Assembly (NCBI GenBank): GCA_964016885.1
Contig: OZ024754.1
Location: 23,436,001 to 23,500,000, forward strand
From: Eledone cirrhosa
Taxonomy: Eukaryota
Direction: 5' to 3'
DNA length: 64,000 nt
A model generated the notes under the pieces. It saw only the letters and a list, made by a program, of their open reading frames with translations, did not search any database and was not told the DNA's origin. Positions 45,339 through 62,239 of this stretch are shown in pieces. Numbering within the stretch: position 1 is the first letter of the stretch; every line of letters starts with the position of its first letter. The position numbers and the translations under genes were made by a program.

Positions 45339-47451
45339 TTGGTAGTTACCACAATTCTGGTTTGTATTTCTTTTCTTTTATACTCAATTATAATTTTATA
45401 TATATATATATATAGTAATAATAATAAATTTGAAGACTAAAATCCAAAGAGGGCTCGATAAGGATAAATATATATCAAATATATAAGAACCGTAGAGCAA
45501 ATATTTATTAAAATAACAGATTAAAGTTTAAGCAAAGAATCGCTGCTTTCACCCTTAACGGGATCTTCTGAAACTAACAAAGTCAATCTGTAAACGCAGA
45601 AGTGGATATTTCAAAAAACGTTGCAACCGGAGGAAGACGATACTTTGATTCGTGGAAACGTTCCCTGGCAAAGAACGGGAAAAAACGAATATAATACGTC
45701 ATTAATAGGAGCGGTGAAAAACAATTACACGCAAAGACAGAACCACGTTTATGGTATAAAAGAAGTTGTAGACTAATGTTCTCTTAGGTGGTTCATAGAG
45801 ACGTTCTCTGGCAATGAACGGAAAAACGAAGATAATACATGGATAATACGAAGATAATGTGGATCGTGGAGAACAATTGCACGCAAGGACACAATCATGT
45901 AAATGGTATAGCGGAAGTCATAGACTAAAATTCTAACTAGGAAACCGAATGATCCTCCGCTAGAGTTAAGAATAAAGTAAATAAAATACAATACAGAGGT
46001 AATTGATATTAAATAAATACATACACGCATCCAAATACGTACATACACAAGCATACGCAAAAACACTCACCATATGTATACAAAACCACGCACATATAAA
46101 TATGTGTGTGTGTTAGAATTTTAGTCTATGACTTCAGCTATACCATTCACGTGGTTTTGTCCTTGCGTGCAATTGTTCTCCACGCTTCACATATGACGTA
46201 TTATCTTTGTTTTTTCCGTTCATTGCCAGAGAACGTCTCTGTGAACCACCTAAGTGAACATTAGTCTAGGACTTCTTTTATACCATAAACGTGGTTTTGT
46301 CTTTGCGTGTAATTGTTTTTCATCGCTCCTATTAATGACGTATTATATTCGTTTTTTCCCGTTCTTTGCCAGGGAACGTTTCCACGAACCAAATTATTGT
46401 CTTCCTGTCTTACTCCGGTTGCAACGTTTTTTGAAATATCCACTTCTGCGTTTACAGATTGACTTTGTTAGTTTCAGAAGATCTCATTAAGGGTGAAAGC
46501 AGCGATTCTTTGCTTAAACTTTAATCTGTTATTTTAATAAATATATATAATTATATATATATATATATATATAAGTATGTATACGTACATACATACATGT
46601 AGACAGACGTACAGTAGTATGTATATATATATATATATACATGCACACATATATATATTTACGTATGGATTCACCGAACATGTATTATAATGCTCGGTGT
46701 GTTTGTAAACAAACATCCCGAATTAAGCCGTACAGTGTCTATCAACCATCGTTGCTCATTTGTTCAACAATATATATATATATAGAGAGAGAGAGAGAAG
46801 AGTAGACACAATGACAGCCAGAATCAGTATTTCATTTATGGACCTCAAAATATAGAATGAGCTTTACCTCAGTGGGATTTGTACTGAGAGCTAGAGCAGA
46901 CACTGAAAATATATCCAGATGTGCACACATCTATATAAGAACACATATATAAATATACACAGATACACATAATTATACACATGTAATTATACATACTCAC
47001 ATATAGATATACATATACACAAATGAAGATAGAATCATTTTTCGCATGTAGAGAGTACTTCATCTTTATACTGTATATGTGTGTGTGTATATGTGTATAT
47101 TTATGAGTGTATGTATGTACGTATTTGTATGAGAGGCTGTACGTATGTATGCATATGTTTGTGTGTACGTGCATTTATATGTTTGTGTATACGCATGTAT
47201 ATGCGTATTTGTGTATGTGTATATGTGTATATATATATGGATATGTGTGTGTATGTGTGTTTTTGTGTATGTATTTATTTATATTGTTATACTTTGGGAG
47301 GGTCATGTTGCCAATAAGAAACACACGCACCAGTTGTTTCCCTCCAATTTATTATAAATTAAATTATAAATTTAAAAACATTTATAAATTTCCGGTTGGT
47401 TAGTTGGTTCCACAACCGGACGGTTGTTCATATATTGTCAAAGTTCTTTCC

Positions 47452-47494
47452 GTCACTGATGAGGTCACAGAATGTGTGACGAAAGAACTTTGAC
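47452..47494 (+). ncRNA. Minimal hammerhead ribozyme motif
   Basis: gtca CTGATGA g gtcaca gaatg tgtgac GAAA gaac TT tgac. Confidence 0.68.
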
Positions 47495-47674
47495 AATGCA
47501 GGAACAACCGTCCGGTTGTGGAACCAACCAACTGGAAATTTATAATAAATTTGAGTGAAAGCAATTGGTGCGTGTGTTTCTTATTGGCAACATGACCCTC
47601 CCAAAGTATAACAATATTGGTTTCAACACACATTTTCAGATAAAGAATCTTGCTAAACAAATTCAGAAACAAAA

Positions 47675-47731
<57 letters not shown>

Positions 47732-48528
47732 TGTAAATTCTGTACCATACAGTTTTGTCAGCACAAGTCTTGGCTACAACTTCTACAAATAAAATTAAAG
47801 GAGAATAATTTCAGAATAAACAAGTTTTATTCAAAATATTAACAACATTAGTGGCACTATTTTGGGTGAGTGATATGGTTTTATCTTGTCTGAATGTGTT
47901 TCTGTTTCATTAACCCTTTAGCATTCAAACCGGCCGTGTCCGGCCAGAAATGTCTCACCTCTTTCTGTTCAAACTGGCTGTAACTGGCAATTAATACTGA
48001 TGTTGAGGTATTGTTCTCAAAATAAATAACATTAAAATCTCATAGATTCGATATTATGTGAGATGATTATATAAGATAAAGTGTTTACTACAAAAATACA
48101 ATAGTATATATAGAGTAATGTGAATGTTAAATGGTTAAGTAACCTTTACAAGAGAATGATTTACCACAGACATCATAGTGATATGGTTCCTCTCCTGTAT
48201 ATGTTAGTGTGTAGTGAAGCCACAACATTTAGAGAGTGAGGTACCAGAGACATCACAGTGATATGGTTCCTCTCCTGTATATGTTAGTGAGTAGTGAAGC
48301 CACAACATTTAGAGTATGATTTATCAGACAACACAGTGATATGGTTCCTTTCCTGTACGTAGAGGGTAATGTATAGTGAATCCACAACATTTACAGTATG
48401 ATTTACCGCAGACATCACAGTGAAATGGTTCCTCTCCTGTATATGTTAGTGTCTAGTGAAGCCACAACATTTAGAGAATGATTTACTGCAGACATCACAG
48501 TGATATGGTTCCTTTTCTGTAAATGTTA

Positions 48529-48630
<102 letters not shown>

Positions 48631-48791
48631 TCATGAATAATAATTTACCACGAATATTACAGTGATATGGTTTCTCTCCAGTATATATATGTTTATATGT
48701 AGTTAATGTAGCAATGAAAGAGAATAATTTCTCCTCAATATCATTTGTGTTTAATTAATTCACCATAGTGAGACAATGAGATATGACTTTC

Positions 48792-50063
<1,272 letters not shown>

Positions 50064-51084
50064 CTATATTTCCCCCAACTGTGACCTCAGTCAAGATCTG
50101 AAGATGATGCAAACTTCTTTCTGATCCAAGTTTAGTTAAGATTCAAAATCATCTTGTAAATATTTCAGATGGTGACGAAATGATATTTTTCCAAGAAACA
50201 CAGTTCTGAGGAAATATTTCACAGTAATTCTGCCATAGATTTATATAAACAGTGTTATATGAGTTATGTATGAAACGCTTTAGTCTTGAAATGATGATAA
50301 ATAGAGAGGATGTATTCAAGATTAAAAAATAAATGTATCCCAATGTCATCTGATATTCTGAAATAAGAAAGAAACAGTATGAGATAATAGAGAATACTTT
50401 AGAAGCAGAGATAGATTTAACGTTGTAAATTTTATATTTCTATATTGGTAAACTGTAGATTTCAACTTTCCAGAGTAATTCTCTCCAATGTGAGCAGTGG
50501 TATTCCAGCACGCTTTGTAAATTTTATCCTTCTAACTCTTGGGAGGTCTGCCCTATAGCCTTTACCCAGGAACTTCATTGTTATATGACATTCTAACATG
50601 GAAATTGTCTGAGACCTGAGATGTGTAACTTGACAGTTCCTTGAGTAACAGTTCTTTCTACCTGGAAGGGAAAAATGCTGTGCAATTGCTTGATAACAGT
50701 CAAAGGATTCTCACACATGGCTACCCTAGGCACCCAACCAACATGACTTGTGTTAGTCCTGTAGACACAATTAGTGTGAATTTTATTTGCAGAGCTTTCC
50801 ATAATTTTGGAGTTTTTTTTTCTATTCTGGTTGGATGCCTTTCCTCTCATCAACCACTTTACAGCAAGGACTGGGTGTATTGTTCATGGCACTAGTGAGG
50901 TTATTTTACTGGACTTAAGAGCTCTCTACCCTGTATCAGTTTCTATTTTTCTATTTCGAGTGCCTCCAATGATGATGATATATACATATATATATAAATA
51001 CATAAACAAATATATACATGTGTGTATATATATATACACATATATATAAATACATACATATGTATATGTGTATATATATATATA

Positions 51085-51274
51085 TATTAATAAAAGGAAT
51101 TCCAACTTTGTCTGATTTACTCGTTTTATTTACAATCATTTAAAATTTATAATGGTATTAGAATGAAATAGTATGGTAGAATATTAAATGTTAAGTGTTA
51201 ATTGAACAAGTACTTTCATGCTTTCGCAATCTTCAGGTTCATAATGTGTGGTGACAGTCAAGTTTGCAATTTTC

Positions 51275-51325
<51 letters not shown>

Positions 51326-51856
51326 AATATATATACATATATATAAATATATATACATATATATAAATATATATACATATATATACTTATATAAATATAT
51401 ATACATATACATATAGAAATTATAGAAATTACATGAATCAAAGTTCTGTTTAAACCATTTATTCGCTTACAATTGTTTCTTCCAAACCAAGGTTTGGAGT
51501 CTTCGGAGCAATTTTTCACTGATTATTTACATATATGACCTCCTTTTCAACACAAGAGACATACAGAAACATATGTATATATTGATGCACAGTGGGTTGA
51601 CATCCATTATAATATTTAGCATGGCAATTTACATTCAAAGATTAAAGTCATATCAAAGAACAAAATTAAAGTTAAAATACAACATTGGCAGTTTACGAAG
51701 ATAAAGCAAGAGGATAGTTTGAAGTAGTTAGTGTATGCAATAGTTCACATGGGGCATGCACGTGTGTCTAGTTTATATAAGATTATAGTGCGGCAGGATT
51801 ATTGATTGCCCGCTTAAAGTGCTTGTATTACATATAACACCCTGCCGCACTATAAT
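51085..51856 (-). mobile_element. Degenerate PLE-like fragment(s), right arm only, with minimal HHR at 51203..51241
   Basis: Reverse complement reads tgaac CTGAAGA ttgc gaaa gcat GAAA gtac TT gttca. There is a possible GIY-YIG remnant near 51460-51570 and a 16-bp inverted repeat at 51782-51856. Confidence 0.6.
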
Positions 51857-53587
51857 GTTTTTAATATGCCTCATTCTGTTGGACCCTTCCTAAAAACTAA
51901 CCTTATCCTAAAGTTACCCATTTCCTGCCCTCCCCCACCTGCACACCACCATTGCTATTTGGTCTAATCATAACTCAGCGGTTCATAGTAAGTTCTCTTA
52001 CCAATCTGTATAGCAAACCCACCACCTCAGTTATTACTCTTTAAGTTTAGACCTGGTTGTTTTTTCGGTTTTCTAAGTGGACTGCGGAATTTGGAAAGTC
52101 TGAACACTCAGTGACAATGTCACAGTTAAAGATAAATTCACCTCCCGCTGTAGGACGAGAATGCAAGGACCCCTCTTTATTTCAGATATGGATGACCAAC
52201 ATAATTCCATCTCCCACACCCTCCCTGCCCCTCCAACCCATCTATTCCACTCACCCAACTTTAGAGTTGGTACCATGAATGTAGGCACATTGAAAGGTCA
52301 TTCAAATGAGGGTGTAGAGATGATTGAACGCAACGAAGTTGATGTTTGTTGTGTTCAAGAGACTAGCTGGAGAGGTGGGTCTATTAGATTCATTGTGGGT
52401 AAAAAACGATGAGTCGCTAATGCACACTACCTCCCAAATAACTGACAGCAACTACTTAATTATTGCTGGCGACCTAAATGGTTATATTGGACAACATAGT
52501 AATGGTTATGAAGGAATCCATGGAAGCTATGGTTTGGTACTAGAAATGAGGAAGGCTTCAGAATCCTGGAATTTTGTGATGCTAATAACCTAACTATCTG
52601 TAACACAAACTTCAAAAAACGAGACAATCACTTGATCACCTATAGATCAGGGGAACACGCCGGCCAGATAGATTATAACCTTACTAGAAGACGTGACAGA
52701 GTGTCTGTGTGTAAACACTAAGTCCCTCCCCCATGAAGAATGCACCTCCCAACATAGCCTAGTAGTTAGTGACCTCATAGTCAGGACTAGATGTACTCAA
52801 CGACAGAGGAGGACTACCTTGAGGAGAAGAATATGGAAGTTGAAAAACCCCACAGCCAGTGACAAATTTAAAAGCTTATTACTTGATGATTTTGACAGTA
52901 AGGAAGAGCAATTAGAGATGTTCAATATAGAGGAACAGTGGGAATTTATGAAAGATAACCTGCTGAAGGCGACAGATGAAAGCTGTGACTGGAGCAGACC
53001 TATAGGCAGGAGGAGAGTAACTTGGTGGTGGAACAGTAAGGTGGAGGAGTCAGTCAAGGCCAAAAAGCAGGCTTGGAAAGCATGGGGGAAGTAGAGAACA
53101 CTATCAAGTGGCCAGGAGGGAAGCTAGGAGACAAGTGTACTTTGCAAGAAGGGAAGCAGAGGAAAGAAAGTTCAAGCATGTTCTACAACGCGAGGACCAA
53201 CAACGTGAGGTGTTCCGGATTGCAAGACAATGTGTCAAGGAAAACTGTGATATTGTCGGGGAGAACTGTGTCCGTAATGATGATGGTGTACTTGCCCTCA
53301 CTGATGCTGATAAGAAGGTAGCTTGGCAGTGTCACTACGAGAGACTACTAAATGAGGAGAATAAATGGGAACAAGATAGTCTGCCCCAAATCGATCCAAT
53401 AGAGGGACCAGCGATGCAATCAAAGATATGAAGACAGGAAAGGCAGCTGAGCCTTCGGAGATAGTTGCTGAGATGTTGAAAGCATCTGGAATGATGGGAC
53501 ATACAATGGTTACCCGGATAGTAAACAAGTAATACAGAAAGGGGTCATACCAAATGATTGGCACAGCAGTATCATCGTTAACTGCAA
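51857..53587 (+). mobile_element. RTE LINE 5' half, mirror of 19775..21580
   Basis: APE and linker ORF fragments 52161..53431, with deletions different from those in the left-arm copy. Confidence 0.88.
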
Positions 53588-55415
53588 GTGAATATTGTTA
53601 TTGTAAAATAAACATTATCAACATCACAATTCTGGCATTATTCTTTTTATCATTCATCCACAAAAGAATACATTTATCCACTACATATGCAACAAACAAA
53701 AGGGATCCAAGAAAAGATCCCTGTGGTACACCAGATGACATCTCATACAGTGAAGAAAGCTGTCCTAGAACCATGACTACCTCTCTTCAACTGAAAATGA
53801 AGGATTTCAACCAGTTAAAAACTATACACTATGTACAGTATATATACACTATATATACGCTATATACACTATATATGATGTTGTCCCAGGTAAAGGCAAT
53901 GGGTGATACAGCTTGGCACCAGTGATGTCACAACATATATACACTATACACAGTATATATACCCTATATATATATATTATATATATACTATGTACAGTAT
54001 ATATACACTATATATATATTATATATACACTATGTACAGTATATATTATACACTATATATGATGTTGTCCAAGGTAAAGGCAATGGCTGATACAGCTTGG
54101 CACCAGTGACATCACAACATATATACTATATATATATACACTATACACAGTATATATACCCTATATATATATTATGTACAGTATATATGATGCAATATAT
54201 ATGTTGTCCAAGAGAAAGGCAATGGCTGATACAGCTTGGCACCAGTAACATCACAACATATATACACTATATATATACACTATACACAGTATATATACCC
54301 TATATATATATTATATATATACTATGTACAGTATATATGACGTTGTCCAAGAGAAAGGCAATGGACGATACAACTTGGAAGCAGTAACAACACAACTCAT
54401 ATTATCATCATCACCGTTTTACGTCCATTCTTCTATGCTAGCATGGGTTAGACGGGTTCTCCTGTCGTGGGCAGTGCCAGGTCGGGTGACCATGTCTTGC
54501 TCATATGAGAACTGATTCTGGCTTGATTTCTACAGCTGAATGCCCTTGCTAACACCAACCTCATTTACAGTGAGTGCTGGGTGCTGATTTCTGTGGCGCC
54601 TATTTTATATATACTATTTATATACACTATATATATATTACATATACACTGTGTACAGCATATATGACGATGGGAAAGGCAATGACTGGTACAACTTGGC
54701 ACCAGTGACATCACAACATATATACTATGTATATACACTATGTACAGTATATATACGCTGTCGCCCATCATTTCTGTTCTCCTGGTCATTCTTCCCTACA
54801 TGTTTCAGTCCTGGGTGTCCTTTTACATCCTGGATCACAGGCCTCGCGCACCAGGACTGAACAAAGTCTGATTCACCGCCTTGGGTCCTATTCCCCTCTT
54901 GGACTCAACTTACCTCCCCAATTTCTCTAATACTCCGTCCATTATCACACCCCTAGATTCCTATCACTTTCTCTTCATCATTAACGTCTTCTCTTCAAAC
55001 TAATACAGGCCGACTATATATGCTCACTCCACATTTCCCTTCATGGCTCTGTACACATACACACCATTATATTAACATACTTTTGCTTATAGCTTCGTAC
55101 TTACATGCACACACACTCTTTTACTCACATATACACACACATTTCTTCTTAGCTTCGTACGGACGTATAATAACACACACACACACATATGCTTACACAT
55201 GTACACAAGTGTAGATCTTTTTACAAAACGTTTTTTTTCCATTTCAGGTAGACGTGCTCCATCATCCACTTTTCTAAGAAAAAAATCATGCACAAAACGC
55301 AGCACCAACAGTTTTGAAAGAGATGTCAACATGAATGGACCTGTTATTTTTATCTGAAGACATTTTTCCAATTCCAACCCGCCCGTCCCCTCAATCTATC
55401 TTATTTCTCATTCTT

Positions 55416-55451
55416 TCTTCTGATGAAGGATTAGCATCTGAAACGTTAAGA
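55416..55451 (+). ncRNA. Minimal hammerhead ribozyme motif (mirror of 17905..17940)
   Basis: tctt CTGATGA aggattagcatct GAAA cg TT aaga. Confidence 0.6.
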
Positions 55452-56099
55452 CCCTCTTCCTGCTATATCAAGCGTTACCCTAATATATCCCTTCTATATA
55501 CTGTACCGATTGTCTTGTTATTTCTGTTTACCTTTTACATACATATATTATATATACACTGTGTACAGGATATATTATGCACTATATATAATGTTATCCA
55601 AGAGAAAGGCAATGGCTGATACAGCTTGGCACCAGTATCACAACATATACACTATATATATATTATATATACACTGTGTACAGTATATATTATACACTAT
55701 ATATGATGTTGTCCAAGAGAACGGCTATGCCTGATACAGCTTGCACCAGTGACAACACAACTCATTTCTACAGCTGAGTAAACAGTGTGAAATAAAGTGT
55801 CTTGCTCAAGGAAACAACACATCACACGGTGCGATAATCGAACTCACAACCATTCGATTGCAAGCCCAATGCTCTAACCACTAAGTCATGATACGTTCCA
55901 GAACCAACTGTGATATAGAGAGACCATAAAGACAACCGTTGTTTTCACAGCCTTAAAATACCTCTCCTACATGCTTTAAGTACATATAAACTCATTAAAA
56001 CACACTTTTGTATTTAGACACTAAAAACAGCCATCGTACCACTAGTTACCAATGAGGACCATTGCCAGCCACGGTAGCCACTTGGTAATACACTACACA

Positions 56100-56438
56100 T
56101 CTCCCGTCAATCTATGAAGGGTTTGTAGTAGATTAAAGCAAAACACAATCAGTAAAACAGTAATGGAATGAAAAATAACAACATTTGTTCATAATTAAAG
56201 CCTTAAGATGTCCCTTCCTTACGATATACACTTTAATAACATTGAAACTTATCTAAAGTTTAAAATTTAAACTCTTTTTATTCAGACGTACCGCGATAAT
56301 AAAATAGATATGTTCTAACGAAAAATTCGCGATATTGCGAGGATTACCGCGATAGGAAATTAGATACGTTCCAAAGAAATATCCGCGATGTAACGGGACC
56401 GCGAAAAATGAACCGCGATATAGCGGGGGATTACTGTA
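56100..56438 (-). mobile_element. pogo/Tigger-like DNA transposon end containing the empty gypsy target site (56307-56310)
   Basis: Reverse complement starts TA CAGTAATCCCCCGCTATATCGCGG with subterminal tatcgcgg repeats. The left boundary is uncertain. Confidence 0.55.
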
Positions 56439-56712
56439 TATATACACACAACATACATCTATCTATATATACACATAACATTTATTTCGATTTTTGACAT
56501 TAAAATGTTGACTGAGGGTGCGACAACTGTTTCTTGTTTGAGGTTGTTCCAGTGTTTGAAATATAGACGGAGGTATTTTAAATAATTGTTTCTACTCTTG
56601 GCACAAGGCCAGCAAATTACTCAGTGCATTACTGGTACTTTATTTTATCGACCCCGTAAGGATGAAAGGAGCTGGTATTTTAAATAATGACAGTCAAATG
56701 ATAACAATATAT

Positions 56713-56980
56713 GGCGATACTTGGTTTTAGTATCCTAAATTATCATCATCGACATTCAATTAGCTCCACCCACTACACGATACGTCATCAGCTTTGGCCT
56801 ATCTCATCCCTTATCGCCTTTCTGTTTGAAATCAGTTAATAAACTGCAGAGAACAAAACGACAGGTAAACAGGTGTTTCAATTGACCACAATCAGTCATT
56901 ACGACATAAAGAGACTCATAAGCCAAACAAAACAGTAGACATCAAAATGATAATTTAGGGCACTAAAACCAAGTATCGCC
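56713..56980. mobile_element. MITE with ~33-bp terminal inverted repeats
   Basis: ggcgatacttggttttagt..cctaaattatcat / atgataatttagg..actaaaaccaagtatcgcc. Confidence 0.65.
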
Positions 56981-57936
56981 GTTTTTTTTCTATATATAAA
57001 AGTGGAGGAAGAAATATATTTTTCTAATGTTGTTATATATATTTTCACTTGTATATAATTACTGGATCGTCGTAGGGTTCACATAATTATATTATTTACA
57101 CACATTAATAAAGACATTAAGTAAATCTTTATCAACTTACCTCCTTCACATATAATCAATGTGTTGTGTTAGGTTTTACTAAACAACTAAAAAAATAATC
57201 TCTTTGTTATCAAATTAGAAGTTTCAAAGATGTTATCAGCTTTATTTCACGACATTAACGTTGGTGTATCTTCTTCATCTTTAGTCATAAATTGATATCT
57301 TGTCAGAATGAAGTAGTGAGGCTGACTTTATGTCTTTAGCTACAGATTTGATAGGAAATATATATATATTAGGTTGATATGTGGTCTAAAATATATATAT
57401 TGTCTATAAATGACTGATAGCAGATGTTCTGGTGAAATAGTAGTTTTACTACTACAGATTGTAATGGAACTCTTAGTAGACACAATTGTAAAGTAAGAAT
57501 AGATATGACAGTGTAAGACTGATGTCGGGGAAAGAAAATTGTGTGTGTATATATATATATATAATTTTTCCACAAGATATAGTTAGATTAATTAAAGTTA
57601 TAATGAAGACAGCAGGTCCTCGGTGTCGTTGGGAATGATTTAACTCCCTTACCGGTATCATACGTTAAAAGTCCCTGATGTAATTTAATATATTCAGACA
57701 GTTCCCATCGTATTTTATTGATGGTAAATCAAAAAGTATCACTCAGTAAAATATCAATTATATATCTACGTAGTCTCTCTGACTGCTAGAAATAGCAGCG
57801 AAATTATCCATTACAGATTTTTCTTTTTTTAAACTCTTACGTTTAGTTAAACAATCAACAACAGCAAGTCTTTTGTACAGACTTCAGAATAAGCTCGAAA
57901 ACCACCAGAATATCATCCTCCTTCTTGCTATATATA

Positions 57937-57972
<36 letters not shown>

Positions 57973-58112
57973 CACACACGCACACACAATGTTTTAAAAT
58001 CCAAATTCAATAAACAGACCAGGATTTTTTCATTCTGAGGATTGAAAGCAAAATCTTTTGCTTTTAAGAAACCACTGGTAAATGGAATAATTGCCTTATG
58101 TTGTTTATTACA

Positions 58113-58151
<39 letters not shown>

Positions 58152-59020
58152 GCACACACACATACCATATATACAGGGAAAGTCCGTTATAAAGAAATTC
58201 ACGGGGTATAAAGATAATTCGTTGTAACGAAAAATTCTTTATAACCGAAACAAATCGTTTGTTTGTTGTTCAATTGTATTCTAGTTATGTTGTTTCACAT
58301 GGAACCTTATAGATATAACACAGAGAAGTATAGAGTCCAAGTGAAAATATAAGACAACATATAATCAAGAAGGTTAAAGAAAAGAAGGAAAAACAAGTGA
58401 AATGAAAGGGAAAGGAAAAGATAGAAAAGAATCATTGAAATAATTATTCTACAAAGTGTTCTCTCTCATTTAGAAAGTGTTTTCTATGTTGGCCAGCTAA
58501 AATCTTCCCTCACTCAATTGTATCAAGTTCATTAGTCATTCCCATCTTTCCTGTAAAAAATTATTGATTTCAACAACAACTGTTTGGCTAAAACCACTAA
58601 CAATAACAAATATGTTTGTTTCGAGAGAAAGAGTGAAAACCTCTATGCGGTTACTTGACCTGTTGGAAATAGCAGCCAAATTTCTTTCAGGTCACATACC
58701 TTCTTGAATTAGGAAAGGACTGTTTGGTTGGTTGCTTTAAGCCCCAGTTTAGAGACAATCTGGAACTAAACGGGGTTAGTTCTCTAATGAAATATATATT
58801 AGGATTGAGTGATCCAAGTTTCAGTTTGACATTTTATTCGTAATCACGTGTAATACGTGTTTCGTGAATGTATTTGAATGTTTTTGATACATCTCAAAAT
58901 TCTGTCTAGGCAGCCATTTTTTTTAAGGCTCCACTTCAGTCAACATAAGCATCACATACAACTACTTGCGACTACCCACCAAAAACAAGAAATCTATAGC
59001 GGAAAACTGGGTTGTATGAA

Positions 59021-60205
59021 TGTAACAAGGAGACATGGTTTGTGTGTATAATATTTAATTAACAATCATGGATATATATAGAACAGTATAGTTGTCATGT
59101 CAAAGAAATAGATAATAGAATGAAGCAAAGTTAGTAGTTACCGTTTTGATTGCCAGGCAAACGCGGTTGGCAGAAGACGCCTGGCCTTCGCCAGGCGTCG
59201 GAAGGGCAAATGAGAGAGTGAGAACTTAAAGTTGTTAGTTTTATAGGGTTCTGACCGGAAGTTACAGAAAGGGTTCTACTTCCTGTCTAGATGGTGTTAA
59301 TCTATTGGGGTTGTGAGTGTCCCAACCAGGGAGACAACTCCTGCTACATAATCTCCCGCCAGAATTTTAGAATATAAAAATCGAATGAAATATGTATGCA
59401 GCAGGTTGGCGAGAATGTTGTAACAGGCATGAAAATTACGACAAAAAAAATAATGTTTGCAAAAATCAAGGTAGCCAACCGCTCTTGGCCAGAGAACGAC
59501 TGGACATCTATATATCCATCACCCAAAGATACAATGTAACAAAGTAAGAGAAGAGCTCAAAGTTCAAATGTACAAAATATAGTTCACAGGTGTGCAATCA
59601 CATGACAGCAGGAAAGAAAGTGTGTTCCAGAGAATGAATGCAGGTGGTTTCTGTTCTGTTGTATATCGTGAAATTTCCAACCTCTCAATGGATTTTCTCA
59701 CAGGAAGAGTGCTGCAAAAATAAATTCTCTGGCTTGTTCTGCTGGTTTTTGGTTGTTGGTGAAGCTGTGTTGCTGTTGATGTTGTCTCGCGGAGTGAGCG
59801 TATTCGGTGTTTAAATTCACAGTAAAAAAGAAAAAAAATCTTTTTGGAAAAAATGAGTTGCGCAAAGTGCTAGAAATAACAGCCGAAGATGATGGTCGAT
59901 GTTGAGAATGCGTTGACCTAAAAGGGCCAAGAAGCCAGCGACCAAAGAAATAAGCATTCTGAATAAATGCGCAGTTTTCAACGGCAAATTTACGTGGTAA
60001 ATTTTTAAACCGGCAAATAGGAGAATATAGAAGACGCCTGGCGAAGGCCAGGCGCCGGAAGGGCAAATGAGAGAGTGAGAACTTAAAGTTGTTAGTTTTA
60101 TAGGGTTCTGACCGGAAGTAACAGAAAGGGTTCTACTTCCTGTCTAGATGGTGTTAATCTATTGGGGTAGTGAGTGTCCCAACCAGGGAGACAACACCTG
60201 CTACA
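59021..60205 (-). mobile_element. Internally deleted LTR element: full LTR 59021..59348, partial LTR 60029..60205
   Basis: ~178-bp direct repeat ending ctgctaca, TGTAACA...TGCTACA termini, and a purine-rich tract on the minus strand next to 59348. No matching TSD found. Confidence 0.62.
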
Positions 60206-60943
60206 AATCAATCACTGAAATATTGACTGAAATAGTCTTTACAAATAAGGTAACACTGCAAAAAGCCTACTTAGCCTTACCTGGACGAAAGCTAGGAAAT
60301 TCCACAATTTATTATTCATCTGAACGTTATCTCCATAATTATGTGGTTGGTACCAGTACATCTCTCAACAAGATTTCTGCTGTTAACCTGGCTTCCACGC
60401 ACTGAAGCATTAACACTGCAGTAACTCAACCACTCTTACAGCACGTGGGTTGTATTTACAAGCAAAAGAAAAGAAAACATGGAAAAAATTAATTCAAATA
60501 CAAACAAAAAGATAGATCTATCGCCTTGCTTCTCAACATTTTTATTGGTGAAGATTCTCATCCAACATCTTCTAACAAAATAAGTTAGTTTCAGAAGCCC
60601 CAAGTTCGAGCAGTGATTCGGTAATCTTGGTAAAGTTAAACCTACATAAGTAGATATAATTCAGATTAAGGGTCAGACCTGCTTTTATGAGGAGTAATAA
60701 GAGACAATAATATATGTAAGGTGGAGTGAGAGAGATAGAAAAACAAAACTGTGTTAATTCTCTCTCCCCCTCTCTTCTTTTACTCTATCTACCTCTTATG
60801 TCTTCATTTCACTGTTTTATTGTCTTATTTCCTAATTCCACTTAATTCCATTAAATATTCAATCTTGGTCGAAATAAATATTTTCATCTGTGACAATCTG
60901 TACAACCAATAATAGGAGTCATGTTACATGATATATATATATA

Positions 60944-61022
60944 CAGAGTGTCCCTAAAATATGTATACACATTTACATAAACTATAGTTGAAGTGTGTAT
61001 ACACTTTTTTGGGGAGACCCTG
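60944..61022. mobile_element. 79-bp Tc1/mariner-type MITE
   Basis: TA cagagtgtccctaaaatatgtatacac ... gtgtatacactttttggggagaccctg TA. Confidence 0.7.
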
Positions 61023-61061
61023 TATATATTTTATATTTACATATATATATTAAAAGATGAT

Positions 61062-61855
<794 letters not shown>

Positions 61856-62239
61856 TATATATATATATATGAGAAAAATGGAGCGCTGCGTGGTTGCACA
61901 TGGGTTACATATGAATAAAATTAGTCCTTCATCAGTGATCTTCCAACTTTCATTGGTATTTCATCGCTTTAAAAATCATATACCTCTAGTTGGTATATAT
62001 ATATATCTAGGGAGTGTAACTTATTCTGCCTAGACAGAATATACGCATGTGCATGTATACAACGTCTTTGTCAGACTAAGAGTGTCTAGGTATGTATCTC
62101 CCCATTGACTTGACTCCACCAACACATCCACCACACCACCATAAATACCATTACCATAAACAACAACACCACACCCACACCACACACAATAATCAGCCAC
62201 AAATATATGCCAATCTATCTACAGACAATACACCACCGC

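Noticed and set aside
59698-60066. 122-aa minus-strand ORF
   Set aside because: It spans the LTR remnant and low-complexity internal region, with no recognisable domain.
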